Shown here piece by piece: positions 1-9,275 of a stretch of 64,000 bases of DNA (its first letter is position 1; each line of letters opens with the position of its first letter). This DNA comes from Enterobacter phage EspM4VN: the sequence record LC373201.2; one strand, given 5' to 3'. The notes beneath the pieces were generated by a model. That model was not told the DNA's origin. It saw only the letters and a list, made by a program, of their open reading frames with translations, and did not search any database. A program made the position numbers and the translations under genes.

Positions 1-1
1 T

Positions 2-153
2 GGGATGCGCGATGACTATTACTATGATGAATTCACTTACGTGATAAGAGTCCCTGGCGACGTATCTGATTTTGAGGGCGTGTTTGAGCGCGTCTTCCGT
101 CAGCATTTCCATCCTGCTGGGTTTACCGTATTCCTGGAAAGTTCAAGGAGTTA
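2..153 (+). CDS. 3' end of an upstream gene (partial; open frame runs off the left edge of the window and stops at TAA 151-153)
   Basis: Frame 2 is open from the window start to 153. An AAGGAG RBS for the next gene lies at 144-149, giving a coupled stop/start with the gene at 157. Confidence 0.3.
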
Positions 154-156
154 AAA

Positions 157-1368
157 ATGGCCGATTTCCTGAGTCAATATACAGGTCAGCAGATTGATGC
201 AATTCTTGGTTCTGTTGACGACAAAGTAAGCAAGAACGATGTTATCAACGATTTCGCCGTTGATGACCCGTTGTTCCCTCCGTCTGCTCATCTGACGTAT
301 GAGCTGAAGCGTTCTGTGGATGACATCTACGACACGCTGAACAACAAGGTCATCCGTACTGACGGTGGTGCACAAACCATCAACGGAGCCAAATCATTTG
401 CGGCGTTGGTGACGGTCAGTGGTGGTTTGAATGTTCCGACTGGCGCGAAATTGTCAATCACTGATGAGCCAACGGTAGCAACAGATGGCGTGAATCTCTC
501 CATGCTCCGCAAACACGGGGTGAGTGAGGACACGGCTGGAGTGAACTCTGGTCTAAAGATTGAATTGTTGCCCAACGGTTACAACACGCTTGTATTCGAC
601 GGCACGAATCTGGCCACATACTCTGGAACTGGTGTACCCACTACCATGTTACTGGTGAGCGGGACCAGCACCGTCAGGTACGATACAACCGCTTTCGTGA
701 CATCCATCTTCAATGATACGCGTTTCAACGCTTATCTGAAGATTGTTGACTACGACGCCGATATGTTGGATATCCAGGCTCAGTTCAACACCGTCAACAC
801 CACACTGGCTGCGAAGGTCAATACATCGACCTATAACACCAAGATGGCAAGTCTGGATGCCAGCATTTTGGACCTGACAAACAACAAAGTGAACGTCAGC
901 ACGTATAATACGAAGATGACGTCTTTGGACAGTTCGATCAGCAGCATTCAGGGTGATATCAGTACGATCAATACCACGTTGGCTGGAAAGGTTAACACAA
1001 CAACCTACAATGCCAAAATGACGAGCCTAGACGCCGACATTGCTGCTCGTGTGACGATCGGGAAGACTAACCCGAGCAGCATCACCATTTCTGCATCTGG
1101 TAGCTCTGCCTTGCCTGATTTCAACCTGGTGAATTTGTGCCAGGTATTGGTGACTGCACAATGGGGTACAGGCAACGTCGTGGACACATATCGCGTGACG
1201 ATTACCCGCGACGGGACGATCAAGACCGAGCTGTTGATTCAGAAGTCAACATCAGGTACAGTGTCATTCGCAGGTTCTGTGGTGTCTTCAAAACTTCGCC
1301 TGACGATTACCAACGCGAACACGACGACTGCTTGCTCTGTGGACTACACTCTGGTATCTTCTTTCTAA
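157..1368 (+). CDS. tail fibre / fibritin-like structural protein with tandem coiled-coil repeats
   Basis: 403 aa. The N-terminus reads MADFLSQYTGQQIDAIL. There are three tandem KVNxSTYNTKM(A/T)SLD(A/S)SI repeats and an ST-rich, fibrous composition. The gene sits at the head of the tailspike cluster. Confidence 0.6.
   Translation: MADFLSQYTGQQIDAILGSVDDKVSKNDVINDFAVDDPLFPPSAHLTYELKRSVDDIYDTLNNKVIRTDGGAQTINGAKSFAALVTVSGGLNVPTGAKLSITDEPTVATDGVNLSMLRKHGVSEDTAGVNSGLKIELLPNGYNTLVFDGTNLATYSGTGVPTTMLLVSGTSTVRYDTTAFVTSIFNDTRFNAYLKIVDYDADMLDIQAQFNTVNTTLAAKVNTSTYNTKMASLDASILDLTNNKVNVSTYNTKMTSLDSSISSIQGDISTINTTLAGKVNTTTYNAKMTSLDADIAARVTIGKTNPSSITISASGSSALPDFNLVNLCQVLVTAQWGTGNVVDTYRVTITRDGTIKTELLIQKSTSGTVSFAGSVVSSKLRLTITNANTTTACSVDYTLVSSF
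814..1050 (+). repeat. three tandem in-frame repeats (24-34 aa units, KVN(T/V)(S/T)TYN(T/A)KM(A/T)SLD..I) inside the fibre gene
   Basis: The repeated peptide blocks are read directly from the translation. Repeat units start at about 814, 886 and 988. Confidence 0.7.
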
Positions 1369-1376
1369 AGTGAAAA

Positions 1377-1384
1377 CTAAATAC
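1377..1384 (+). promoter_or_regulatory. T4-type late promoter -10 element variant (CTAAATAC) embedded in palindrome AAATACCCCTA (1379-1389) / TAGGGGTATTT (1407-1417)
   Basis: CTAAATAC lies about 37 nt upstream of the GTG start at 1421. The same motif recurs upstream of other structural genes. A perfect 11-nt inverted repeat flanks a 17-nt spacer. Confidence 0.55.
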
Positions 1385-1420
1385 CCCTAGATGACATGAA
1401 CACATTTAGGGGTATTTGAA

Positions 1421-4400
1421 GTGGCTAACAAACCAACACAGCCTGTTTTCCCTCTCGGCCTGGGGGCTGAAGAGCAGTCTACTTTGGCTGGTATCCTCAA
1501 CACGGGAACGATTGAGCATGGGCCAGATGCTGTCCTGACTTTGCCTGAGGGTAATGCTAGCGCTGGCCTCCCGTCTTCTGTTCGCTATAATGCTGACTCC
1601 GACGAATTCGAGGGCTTCTACGAAAATGGTGGATGGTTGCCGCTGGGTGGCGGTGGTATCCGCTGGGAAGCGCTTCCGCATGCCTCTACGGCAACGCTCA
1701 CTGAAGGGCGGGGCTATCTGGTAGATAACTCAACCAACGTCTCTACGGTGGTGTTTCCTTCCCCTACTCGCGTGGGTGATTCTGTCACGGTCTGTGACTT
1801 GTATGGGAAGTTCTCACTGTATCCTCTGACTATCGATCCAAACGGGCGTCCAATGTATGGTTCCACAGAGCCTATGACTCTGTCCACCGACAGTGTGTCT
1901 GCGACGTTCACGTGGTCTGGCGACGCGCGTGGCTGGATTGTGACTGCTGGCGTCGGCCTTGGTCAGGGGCGCGTGTATAGTCGTACCATTTTCACAGAAA
2001 CGGTTACGGCAGACACCGCTCAGGTCACTCTGACTTCACAACCATCTATCGTGGATGTGTACGTGGATGGCAAGCGCCTGTTGGAATCCAAGTACTCTCT
2101 GGACGGGTTCAACGTCAACTTCAGTCCATCTATCCCTTCCGGCTCGGAACTCCAGGTCATCCAATACGTCCCGATCCAGTTGGGCAATGGCTCCGGCGGT
2201 TCCGGTGGCGGTACGGTTATCACTTGGATCTACAATAGTGGATCAGCTGCGGGTGGTGAAACTGAGATTGAGTTGGATGTGGATGCAGAAGATGTTTCTG
2301 AGATCTTTATCGGTGGATCCCGCCAACAGAAAGGCCTGGGCTTCACTTATGACTCAGACACCAAGATTATCTCTCTGGCAGATGAGCTGGACGCTGGGGA
2401 TGAGGTTGTCGTTGTCATCAATGGCGACCCAACCCTGTACAACCAGATCGACCGTACACCAAACGAAGTGGCGCGTTCTGCCAACGTTCCTGTGTCTCAG
2501 GTGATTCTGACTTCCGATACTATCACCAAATTGGACGGCAAAACAGTCATCTATGACGTGAACGCACAAAAGATGTGGAGCCTGCCTTCGGGCATTCCAA
2601 CAGGGGCTTCTATCGTCTCGGTGAGCGGGAGCAACCTGACCTACGCTCCTGGCAACGTCGTGGTCTCGCTGAAACCAGTTGTTGGAAGCGGCACAGATAC
2701 AGATCTGAAGTACCTACCGCTGCGCCGTAATCTGTTCAAAGGCGTCGCCGACTATGTGGGAACCCCCCTGTATGACGGTAACGATCAGACACGTATCACC
2801 TTCACCGACAACACCACAGCACTCAAAGAATTTTTGCTGTCTTCAGAAAATGTTGTCAACGGGGTGAAATACGTTTACATCCCAACTGGCCATTACGGAT
2901 TTGGCGGACCAAAGATCATTTTAGACCCGACCACTCTTCCGTACAAAAGTATCTTAATCTATGGTGATGGGATCGGTAAAACAATCCTGGACTACGTGAA
3001 AGAAGACAACACAGGCACTGGCAACACAGAGCAGGGGGATAATGCTCTTGAACTTATTCGCTTTGAAGTCGGTTTCGACCTTGTGTCCTTTGTAGACGTG
3101 ACAACCAAATGTACGACGAAGCACGGGTTTGTGAATGGTATTCCATCAAGTGATCCCTCAAACTGGGCGATCTACAACGGTACTGTTTGGTTCTGCCATA
3201 TCAAGCAGGCAAAACGCGTGGAACTTGATGGTGTTGAAGCGACACGTGGGAATTATCGTTGTATCAGTATTGATGGCATCTCCGACTCTTCGCCAGCAGT
3301 CACAGACCTCTTCATGAGAAACTGTATTGGTCACCACAACACCAGCAGCGGTTTCTGGTTGAGGGGTATTGCCCATGCCGATATCGCAGATTGCACGTTC
3401 TATCGTAATGGCACCTTGGGTGTGACTGCAACGGGTTATGGTCTGACGTTCAGCCAGTACTGCTCGAATATCAAATTGAAAAACGTTAACTCTTACGAAA
3501 ACTACAGAAAAGGCATTGACAAACACGGCGGTCTGGGTACTGTGAGCATGGAGAACGTTACGGTAGCAGACAACATCGTATTCCAGATGTCGTTTGATCA
3601 TCAGTACAACGGAAAGTATGACCCAAGCACCATTACCAATATGATTCTGAGTGGGGTACATATTTCATTCGGCGAAAACCTTGATTTTTGTAATGAGGCA
3701 TTGGCGGCGATTGATTTACAGTACAGAAACCACATCACGGTGTTGTTGAACGACAAGAACATCGATGGGACTCCGGCCAACAGACTGGGTTCAGTCGTGA
3801 TGAACGATTGCTCTATCCGATATTTGCCTGGTGTGACCCAAAACTTCTACGGTTACAATGGACTGAATTGTATGGCCAGTGAACTTCGCCTGGATAATCT
3901 TAACATGGATATCCGAAACATGAAGTTGGATCGAGCAGGCAACAAAACTGTCTACACCTTCATGCCTATCACGATGGCGAGGGATAACAACACTCTGGTG
4001 ATCAACGGGGGTGATTACCTAACCGGCTCCGGCAAGATGAATGACAATACCGGAGTGGCCAGTAATGCTCTGTTTATATCTCAGGTGGCAACTGGTAGGG
4101 TTATCTCGGACAACGCGTGCTATGATATGCAAGACATGGTTCTGTTTGGTACAACTGGCGGTGGTCGCGCGTTCGCCTGGAACGGTGCCCGCAAATTGAA
4201 CGGCAACACGTTCAAGTTCAGGGATATCCAAGGCAACACCCACAACATCGTCGGTTCTGGTTTCGCTTGGTTGTCTACTGCTATGATGTTCGGTGGCGGA
4301 GCAGCAACCCAATACGGTGGCAAAAACAGAGTTGGGTTCGGTGATTGTAATGTCGTTGCGGATTACGCCTTTGGTGACTTGGACAATGGAGTGACATTTA

Positions 4401-4750
4401 AGGTCAGCAACCAAGTGTTGTCGGCTGCGTCCCCTCTGAAGATATTGACTGGTAACTTGTATGGTAACTTGTCGATGGTTCTGTCTGGTCGTTGTGTGCG
4501 CACTGGAGATACTTTGGCTGTTCGTTGGCTTGGTTCAGCCAACACGTATCAGGTTGCTACCGGAAGTGCGATCTTGGCTTCTGGTGCACCGACGGATTAC
4601 ACGATACAGTATAACGGCGTCAACACCGGGTTTGTGTGCAAAGCAATCCCTTTGACCACCACGACAGACCTGGCGGTGACCGAATTCTATCTGGGTGAAA
4701 TTACAGGGTATGACAGCTACACGCCTAAATTCCTTGGCTTTGCTAAATAA
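1421..4750 (+). CDS. tailspike protein (TSP; beta-helix receptor-binding depolymerase-type), GTG start
   Basis: 1109 aa. N-terminus MANKPTQPVFPLGLGAEEQSTLAGILNTG. A Gly-rich linker is followed by an internal XD-like module (LDGKTVIYDVNAQKMWSLPSGIPTGASIVSVSGSNLTYAPGNV) that is shared with the next two tailspikes. The remainder is long and beta-helix-like, rich in N/G/T/S. Confidence 0.7.
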   Translation: MANKPTQPVFPLGLGAEEQSTLAGILNTGTIEHGPDAVLTLPEGNASAGLPSSVRYNADSDEFEGFYENGGWLPLGGGGIRWEALPHASTATLTEGRGYLVDNSTNVSTVVFPSPTRVGDSVTVCDLYGKFSLYPLTIDPNGRPMYGSTEPMTLSTDSVSATFTWSGDARGWIVTAGVGLGQGRVYSRTIFTETVTADTAQVTLTSQPSIVDVYVDGKRLLESKYSLDGFNVNFSPSIPSGSELQVIQYVPIQLGNGSGGSGGGTVITWIYNSGSAAGGETEIELDVDAEDVSEIFIGGSRQQKGLGFTYDSDTKIISLADELDAGDEVVVVINGDPTLYNQIDRTPNEVARSANVPVSQVILTSDTITKLDGKTVIYDVNAQKMWSLPSGIPTGASIVSVSGSNLTYAPGNVVVSLKPVVGSGTDTDLKYLPLRRNLFKGVADYVGTPLYDGNDQTRITFTDNTTALKEFLLSSENVVNGVKYVYIPTGHYGFGGPKIILDPTTLPYKSILIYGDGIGKTILDYVKEDNTGTGNTEQGDNALELIRFEVGFDLVSFVDVTTKCTTKHGFVNGIPSSDPSNWAIYNGTVWFCHIKQAKRVELDGVEATRGNYRCISIDGISDSSPAVTDLFMRNCIGHHNTSSGFWLRGIAHADIADCTFYRNGTLGVTATGYGLTFSQYCSNIKLKNVNSYENYRKGIDKHGGLGTVSMENVTVADNIVFQMSFDHQYNGKYDPSTITNMILSGVHISFGENLDFCNEALAAIDLQYRNHITVLLNDKNIDGTPANRLGSVVMNDCSIRYLPGVTQNFYGYNGLNCMASELRLDNLNMDIRNMKLDRAGNKTVYTFMPITMARDNNTLVINGGDYLTGSGKMNDNTGVASNALFISQVATGRVISDNACYDMQDMVLFGTTGGGRAFAWNGARKLNGNTFKFRDIQGNTHNIVGSGFAWLSTAMMFGGGAATQYGGKNRVGFGDCNVVADYAFGDLDNGVTFKVSNQVLSAASPLKILTGNLYGNLSMVLSGRCVRTGDTLAVRWLGSANTYQVATGSAILASGAPTDYTIQYNGVNTGFVCKAIPLTTTTDLAVTEFYLGEITGYDSYTPKFLGFAK

Positions 4751-4753
4751 ACA

Positions 4754-4775
4754 AAAGCCCCTTCGGGGGCTTCAT
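4754..4775 (+). terminator. intrinsic terminator hairpin (AAGCCCC-TTCG-GGGGCTT)
   Basis: GC stem with a TTCG loop immediately after the stop of the 1421..4750 gene. Confidence 0.6.
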
Positions 4776-4795
4776 GAGAACAACAGGAGATTCAC

Positions 4796-6592
4796 ATGAA
4801 TCCGCAATTCAATCAGCCGAAAGGCTCGACGTCTTGGAACATCAACCGCAAGGCCATTGCCCGCGCTGCGAACGTGGCCGAAAGTGCTGTTATCTTCAGT
4901 TCTGAAACAACTGTGAATCTGGATAGCAAGACCGTCATTTATGATGAAACCGCGCAAAAGATTTGGGGCAAACCATCTGGTATCCCGAATGGTGTCAAGA
5001 TCATTTCAGTATCCGGTTCTAACTTGACATACACAGGTCCGGTTACTGTTCCTTTGGTGTCGTACACGGGTTCAGCAGATGAAATGGTGGCACGACTGGG
5101 TATTGTACCACACCGTGCCAAAATCAGTGATGATCTCAACGCCATTGACCGTCGCCCTGACGGTTATGGCGGATCATTCGCTTCGGTCCTGGCGAATGGC
5201 CAGGATGTACAGGTCAATAAAGACGTAAATTTGACCAGCCCTATTCTTCCTGGGGATTATCAGGTAATTCAGGGTGCTGGCGGCAGCGTTACCATGACCA
5301 GCATAGCGCGAGCAGTCAGTATCGCCTCCAAGAAAGGGGTTTTCGTCAGGATGCTCCGGGCGATAGGTTCTGTTGTCAATGGCGCATCAACTGGGAACGT
5401 TGCATACGCTTGCGTAGCTTCTGATTCAAGCAATATACACGTCGACTATATTGATGCCTCCAAATTCACTGGAGCCGTGGAATTCCTGAGAACTAGTGAT
5501 TTCACCATCAGGAATGTTATGGCGCGAAATATGAGGTATCATCCAGATGTTGTGGCAGGTGGGTATGGCGTGTTGTTGGAAGGTTGTACTCGCGGCCTGG
5601 TTGACGGAATCAATTTCAGGGCATCGAACGAAGACGGCGACCTCGGGCGTCATGCTGTGTATATTTCCGTGGACTCTAGTGGTAATTTCTGCGAAGATAT
5701 TATTGTCAGAAACATTATTGCGACTTATTCTAATATTGACAACCGTGATATGCCTGCTGCCGTTGTAAGGAAGAGCAACCGCTGCATGATTGATGGATTT
5801 GATATAAATGGTTCAAACGGCGGCATTGGACTGAATGCGGATAACGGCGCTATTCAAGACTTTCAAATCCGAAACGGTCACATGAAGATCATCCAGTATG
5901 ATGATAACGCCATTTATGGAATATCTGGAGGCGTAGACAACACTCCAGCAACTGTTATTGGGTTGAGAGTTGACAACGTCACTATTGAGATGGAAGTCAA
6001 ATCCGGTGTGACCCCGACAACTGTCCGCCTGCACGGTCTGAACATGACGTGTCGTGACAGCCGTTTTACTAACTTGAGATTCAAAAGTCACGGGTCTTCG
6101 AACCCAATTCTTGTCCCTGTCGGAGCGATGAATCTGGTGTTCGACGGTATTTCGGATTTTGTGACAGCAGGATCGGCAACGGGAGCCGCCCTCATCCGTT
6201 TCCAAGGGACCAACAGCAATATCAGTGTGTTCAACGTGAAGACAGCACGAGCCGTGTTTGTCGGCCTTGATAATGTGACTGATCTGACGGTCAACTGGGA
6301 GCGTTTCGCTCGCATCGTGAACAACAACGGAACGATCACCACCACTGATTCTAACTCGCTGATCAGTTCGGTTACGACTACGGGCACTGGGGAAATCACT
6401 GTTGTGTTCAAGAACCATGTGACGACTGACGCAGTACGCAACTGCACTGTGACTCCAGCGAGCGTGGCGGGGTTGGTAGTTCTTCCAGAGATAACAGGTA
6501 GAAACTTGGTGTTGCGCTTCTACAACGGTAGTGGAACTCTTGTACCTCTTTCCTCTTCGATTGTCAGCGCAGATATCCGACTGCATTCTTGA
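4796..6592 (+). CDS. tailspike protein with conserved N-terminal anchor (MNPQFNQPKGS) and XD-like module
   Basis: 598 aa. The N-terminus matches that of the gene at 9276. The module KTVIYDETAQKIWGKPSGIPNGVKIISVSGSNLTYTGPV is shared with the neighbouring tailspikes. The upstream leader aacaacaggagattc is identical to the one before 9276. Confidence 0.7.
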   Translation: MNPQFNQPKGSTSWNINRKAIARAANVAESAVIFSSETTVNLDSKTVIYDETAQKIWGKPSGIPNGVKIISVSGSNLTYTGPVTVPLVSYTGSADEMVARLGIVPHRAKISDDLNAIDRRPDGYGGSFASVLANGQDVQVNKDVNLTSPILPGDYQVIQGAGGSVTMTSIARAVSIASKKGVFVRMLRAIGSVVNGASTGNVAYACVASDSSNIHVDYIDASKFTGAVEFLRTSDFTIRNVMARNMRYHPDVVAGGYGVLLEGCTRGLVDGINFRASNEDGDLGRHAVYISVDSSGNFCEDIIVRNIIATYSNIDNRDMPAAVVRKSNRCMIDGFDINGSNGGIGLNADNGAIQDFQIRNGHMKIIQYDDNAIYGISGGVDNTPATVIGLRVDNVTIEMEVKSGVTPTTVRLHGLNMTCRDSRFTNLRFKSHGSSNPILVPVGAMNLVFDGISDFVTAGSATGAALIRFQGTNSNISVFNVKTARAVFVGLDNVTDLTVNWERFARIVNNNGTITTTDSNSLISSVTTTGTGEITVVFKNHVTTDAVRNCTVTPASVAGLVVLPEITGRNLVLRFYNGSGTLVPLSSSIVSADIRLHS

Positions 6593-6603
6593 TTACAGCT
6601 TCA

Positions 6604-6611
6604 CTAAATAC
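6604..6611 (+). promoter_or_regulatory. late promoter variant CTAAATAC within palindrome AAATACCCCATA (6606-6617) / TATGGGGTAT (6631-6640)
   Basis: Same module as at 1377. It sits immediately upstream of the tailspike gene start at 6647. Confidence 0.55.
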
Positions 6612-6646
6612 CCCATATTGGCAAATCCTCTATGGGGTATCTTCAA

Positions 6647-9211
6647 ATGACCAGAAACGTCGAGAGCATCTTTGGAGCGGTCGTAACAGCGCCGCACCAG
6701 ATTCCATACACTTACACAGCAACGGGCGGGGAGACGTTTATCTCCCTCCCGTTCTATCCCGTTACGGGCTTTGTTACAATCAATGGTGGTGTCCAAGTTC
6801 CTGTGGACAACTATGAAATCGATGGGAACACGATCAACCTGGGTCGGACTCTGGAACCAGAAGACGTTGTATACTGTCTGTTTGACAAGATTCTGTCGCC
6901 GGAAGATTATGCAGACGGCATCCGCATCTACAAGTTCCAGGCCGTCGGTACTGAAACATCGTTCACTCCCGACTTCACCACATACGGTGTGCAGACCCTG
7001 TACATTGATGGGAAGTTCCAGGTTCCAGACATCAACTACAGCTACAGCAGCACGACGGGCACTGTGAGTTTCCTCACGGGTTCACCAACGGCTGGAGTTT
7101 GGGTTGTGGCCGAGATGTCTGTGAAGCAGCCGAATATCAGCCCTCTGTTTGACCGCACCATTCAAGAAGTCGGTCGTTCTACCAACCTGGCAGACACTGC
7201 TGTTATTCTGAGCACTGACATTGGTACTCCTCTTGATGATAAAACTGTCATCTATGATGTTGTGGCTGAGAAGATTTATGGTCTTCCAACCCTACCTTCT
7301 AACGCCTACATCAACACCGTTTCCAACGGACAGTTAACTTACTCTCCTGGCAACGTCACTGTGGATCTTGTGGCAATTCCAGATTCTGCCGTGAAACTTA
7401 AAGAAGAACTGGCTGAGTTTGATGGTGAATCATTAGTTGGTGTTTGCCCTACTGTTGCCATATTACGAACCACTGAACCAAAAGCTAACAAGCAACTGAT
7501 CACTGTTCGCGAATACGCTGCTGATACAGGAAAGGGCGGCGGGCGTTTTCGCGCAGTATTGGACGGTTCCAGTTATACAGATAATAGTGGCACTATCATC
7601 AAGACCACAGGCGGAGCGGCGTGGATCAGGGTTAATGATGTTGTCAGTGTTACCGACTTCGGTGCAGTTTCTGACTTTAATCGAGACACCAATGTTGGTA
7701 CAGATAACACTACTGCATTCCAGGCAGCAATTGATTATTGCAAAGTATCTCATAAGGCATTGTTTGTACCTTCTGGTTGGTATCTGGTGAGTGGGAATCT
7801 TACTGCTACTTACGCCATCGTTATGTATGGTGAAGGCGCGAATGGCGTGTCAATAACAACTGCTGCACAACAGGATTCTCCATTTATTGGTTCTGTTATT
7901 GTTGGCGGTAACACTACCGGGTATACACTTAATGTTAGCCCACCTAACTACCAGTTTGGTTTGTCCATTCGTAACGTTGCATTTTATGGTTTACCCGCAC
8001 AACGTTCTAATGTTAACCACAAAGCATTGCGACTTCATAACACAGGTTTACAGGGTTATGTGGAGAACGTGGCAATTTCTGGTTATGGAGGTAATGGCCT
8101 GGTTATTGGTTATCTACAAGATACCCATATTATCAGTTTGTTCATTGAACGTTGTGGTACGCTTGACGTCGCAGCTATTAAGTTTGAAGCACGAGCAAAC
8201 TATGTGTACTTCCAGGATTGTCTGATGATGGCTTGCCATTATTTTGTAGATAACACCGATGCTACTTTGTTTGGTCGTTATATTTTCTGGAGTGGATGTC
8301 ATATCGAGCATGGCGACTACAACGGTGCTCTTGGTGCCGAGTGGGACTTCTACTACAACAAGACTCCGTTTAATATCGGCGCAGGCTCAGATTGGTCTTT
8401 CCAGAACTGTATCTTTATCCCAGTATCCAACTCTGGTCTGGCCACGTCTTTGGGTATTTCGCGTTTGTCAACCCCATATTTTATGGTTTGTTCTGGTGAA
8501 CGTTTTAACATGGTCAATTGCCGTTTCAATGCCCCACGAGATTCTGTATCCAGCTTAGCCCTAACTGGCCCTAACTCCAGAACAGCTATGATTACAGATA
8601 CTATTTTCCAAGGTGCTGATGGTGGCCGTCCTTGTATTGACGCCTACTACGCAGAAATCACTAACTGTACTTTCAACCTGGATATCTCGGCTTATACCGA
8701 CCGTTGTTCTGGTGTGTATGTTCGTCGTGGTGGTGCAGTGAAAAGTTGTAAATTCCGTCTTGGAGCAACTACTGGTTCGCGTCGCACCCTCGGGCACTTA
8801 ATCCTCACAGACGACGACCGTTATGAGGCAATTAATGTGAGTGGTAACACTTACCCAGATACCACTTATGTGAATGCCTTTGTTCACCGTGGTTGTACTA
8901 TTTCTGGGGAAGATGGTGGAACCCCTCGTTTGGTTTCCATTACTACAACCCAGAGCATTGACCTTAGCTTGTATCCAACTAACGTTAACTTCTGGGTTAC
9001 TGCTGCTGTTACTATCACTGATATTCTTAATGGCCAGTATGGTCGCAGGGTCAGCGTTATTGCCAACACTGCTGGTGCGGTGATTAATACTACTGGTAAC
9101 GTTTATCCGAAGGGTAACGTTAACTACACCATGACAGCAGGCGTACCTGTTGAGTTCCGTGGAATGCTGGATATCTCTGGAAACAGAAAGATGTTCCAAC
9201 TTGCTGGATAA
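6647..9211 (+). CDS. tailspike protein (third TSP)
   Basis: 854 aa from ATG 6647. The ATG at 6632 given by the ORF track lies inside the palindrome and is less likely to be the start. The protein carries the XD-like module DDKTVIYDVVAEKIYGLPTLPSNAYINTVSNGQLTYSPGNV. The C-terminal two-thirds is beta-helix-like. Confidence 0.65.
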   Translation: MTRNVESIFGAVVTAPHQIPYTYTATGGETFISLPFYPVTGFVTINGGVQVPVDNYEIDGNTINLGRTLEPEDVVYCLFDKILSPEDYADGIRIYKFQAVGTETSFTPDFTTYGVQTLYIDGKFQVPDINYSYSSTTGTVSFLTGSPTAGVWVVAEMSVKQPNISPLFDRTIQEVGRSTNLADTAVILSTDIGTPLDDKTVIYDVVAEKIYGLPTLPSNAYINTVSNGQLTYSPGNVTVDLVAIPDSAVKLKEELAEFDGESLVGVCPTVAILRTTEPKANKQLITVREYAADTGKGGGRFRAVLDGSSYTDNSGTIIKTTGGAAWIRVNDVVSVTDFGAVSDFNRDTNVGTDNTTAFQAAIDYCKVSHKALFVPSGWYLVSGNLTATYAIVMYGEGANGVSITTAAQQDSPFIGSVIVGGNTTGYTLNVSPPNYQFGLSIRNVAFYGLPAQRSNVNHKALRLHNTGLQGYVENVAISGYGGNGLVIGYLQDTHIISLFIERCGTLDVAAIKFEARANYVYFQDCLMMACHYFVDNTDATLFGRYIFWSGCHIEHGDYNGALGAEWDFYYNKTPFNIGAGSDWSFQNCIFIPVSNSGLATSLGISRLSTPYFMVCSGERFNMVNCRFNAPRDSVSSLALTGPNSRTAMITDTIFQGADGGRPCIDAYYAEITNCTFNLDISAYTDRCSGVYVRRGGAVKSCKFRLGATTGSRRTLGHLILTDDDRYEAINVSGNTYPDTTYVNAFVHRGCTISGEDGGTPRLVSITTTQSIDLSLYPTNVNFWVTAAVTITDILNGQYGRRVSVIANTAGAVINTTGNVYPKGNVNYTMTAGVPVEFRGMLDISGNRKMFQLAG

Positions 9212-9224
9212 GAATTGTAAAACC

Positions 9225-9246
9225 AAAGCCCTCTCCGGAGGGCTTT
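9225..9246 (+). terminator. intrinsic terminator hairpin (AAAGCCCTC-CGGA-GGGCTTT)
   Basis: Perfect stem after the stop of the 6647..9211 gene. Confidence 0.6.
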
Positions 9247-9275
9247 AACATGACTAAAACAACAGGAGATTCTTT

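Noticed and set aside
6632-6646. ORF-track start codons at 6632 (MGYLQM...) and 34610 (MGYFLM...)
   Set aside because: Both ATGs lie inside the GGGGTAT arm of the promoter palindrome. The next in-frame ATG (6647, 34625) sits 12-13 nt after the GGGG run, matching the arrangement at 1421, so the downstream ATGs are preferred.
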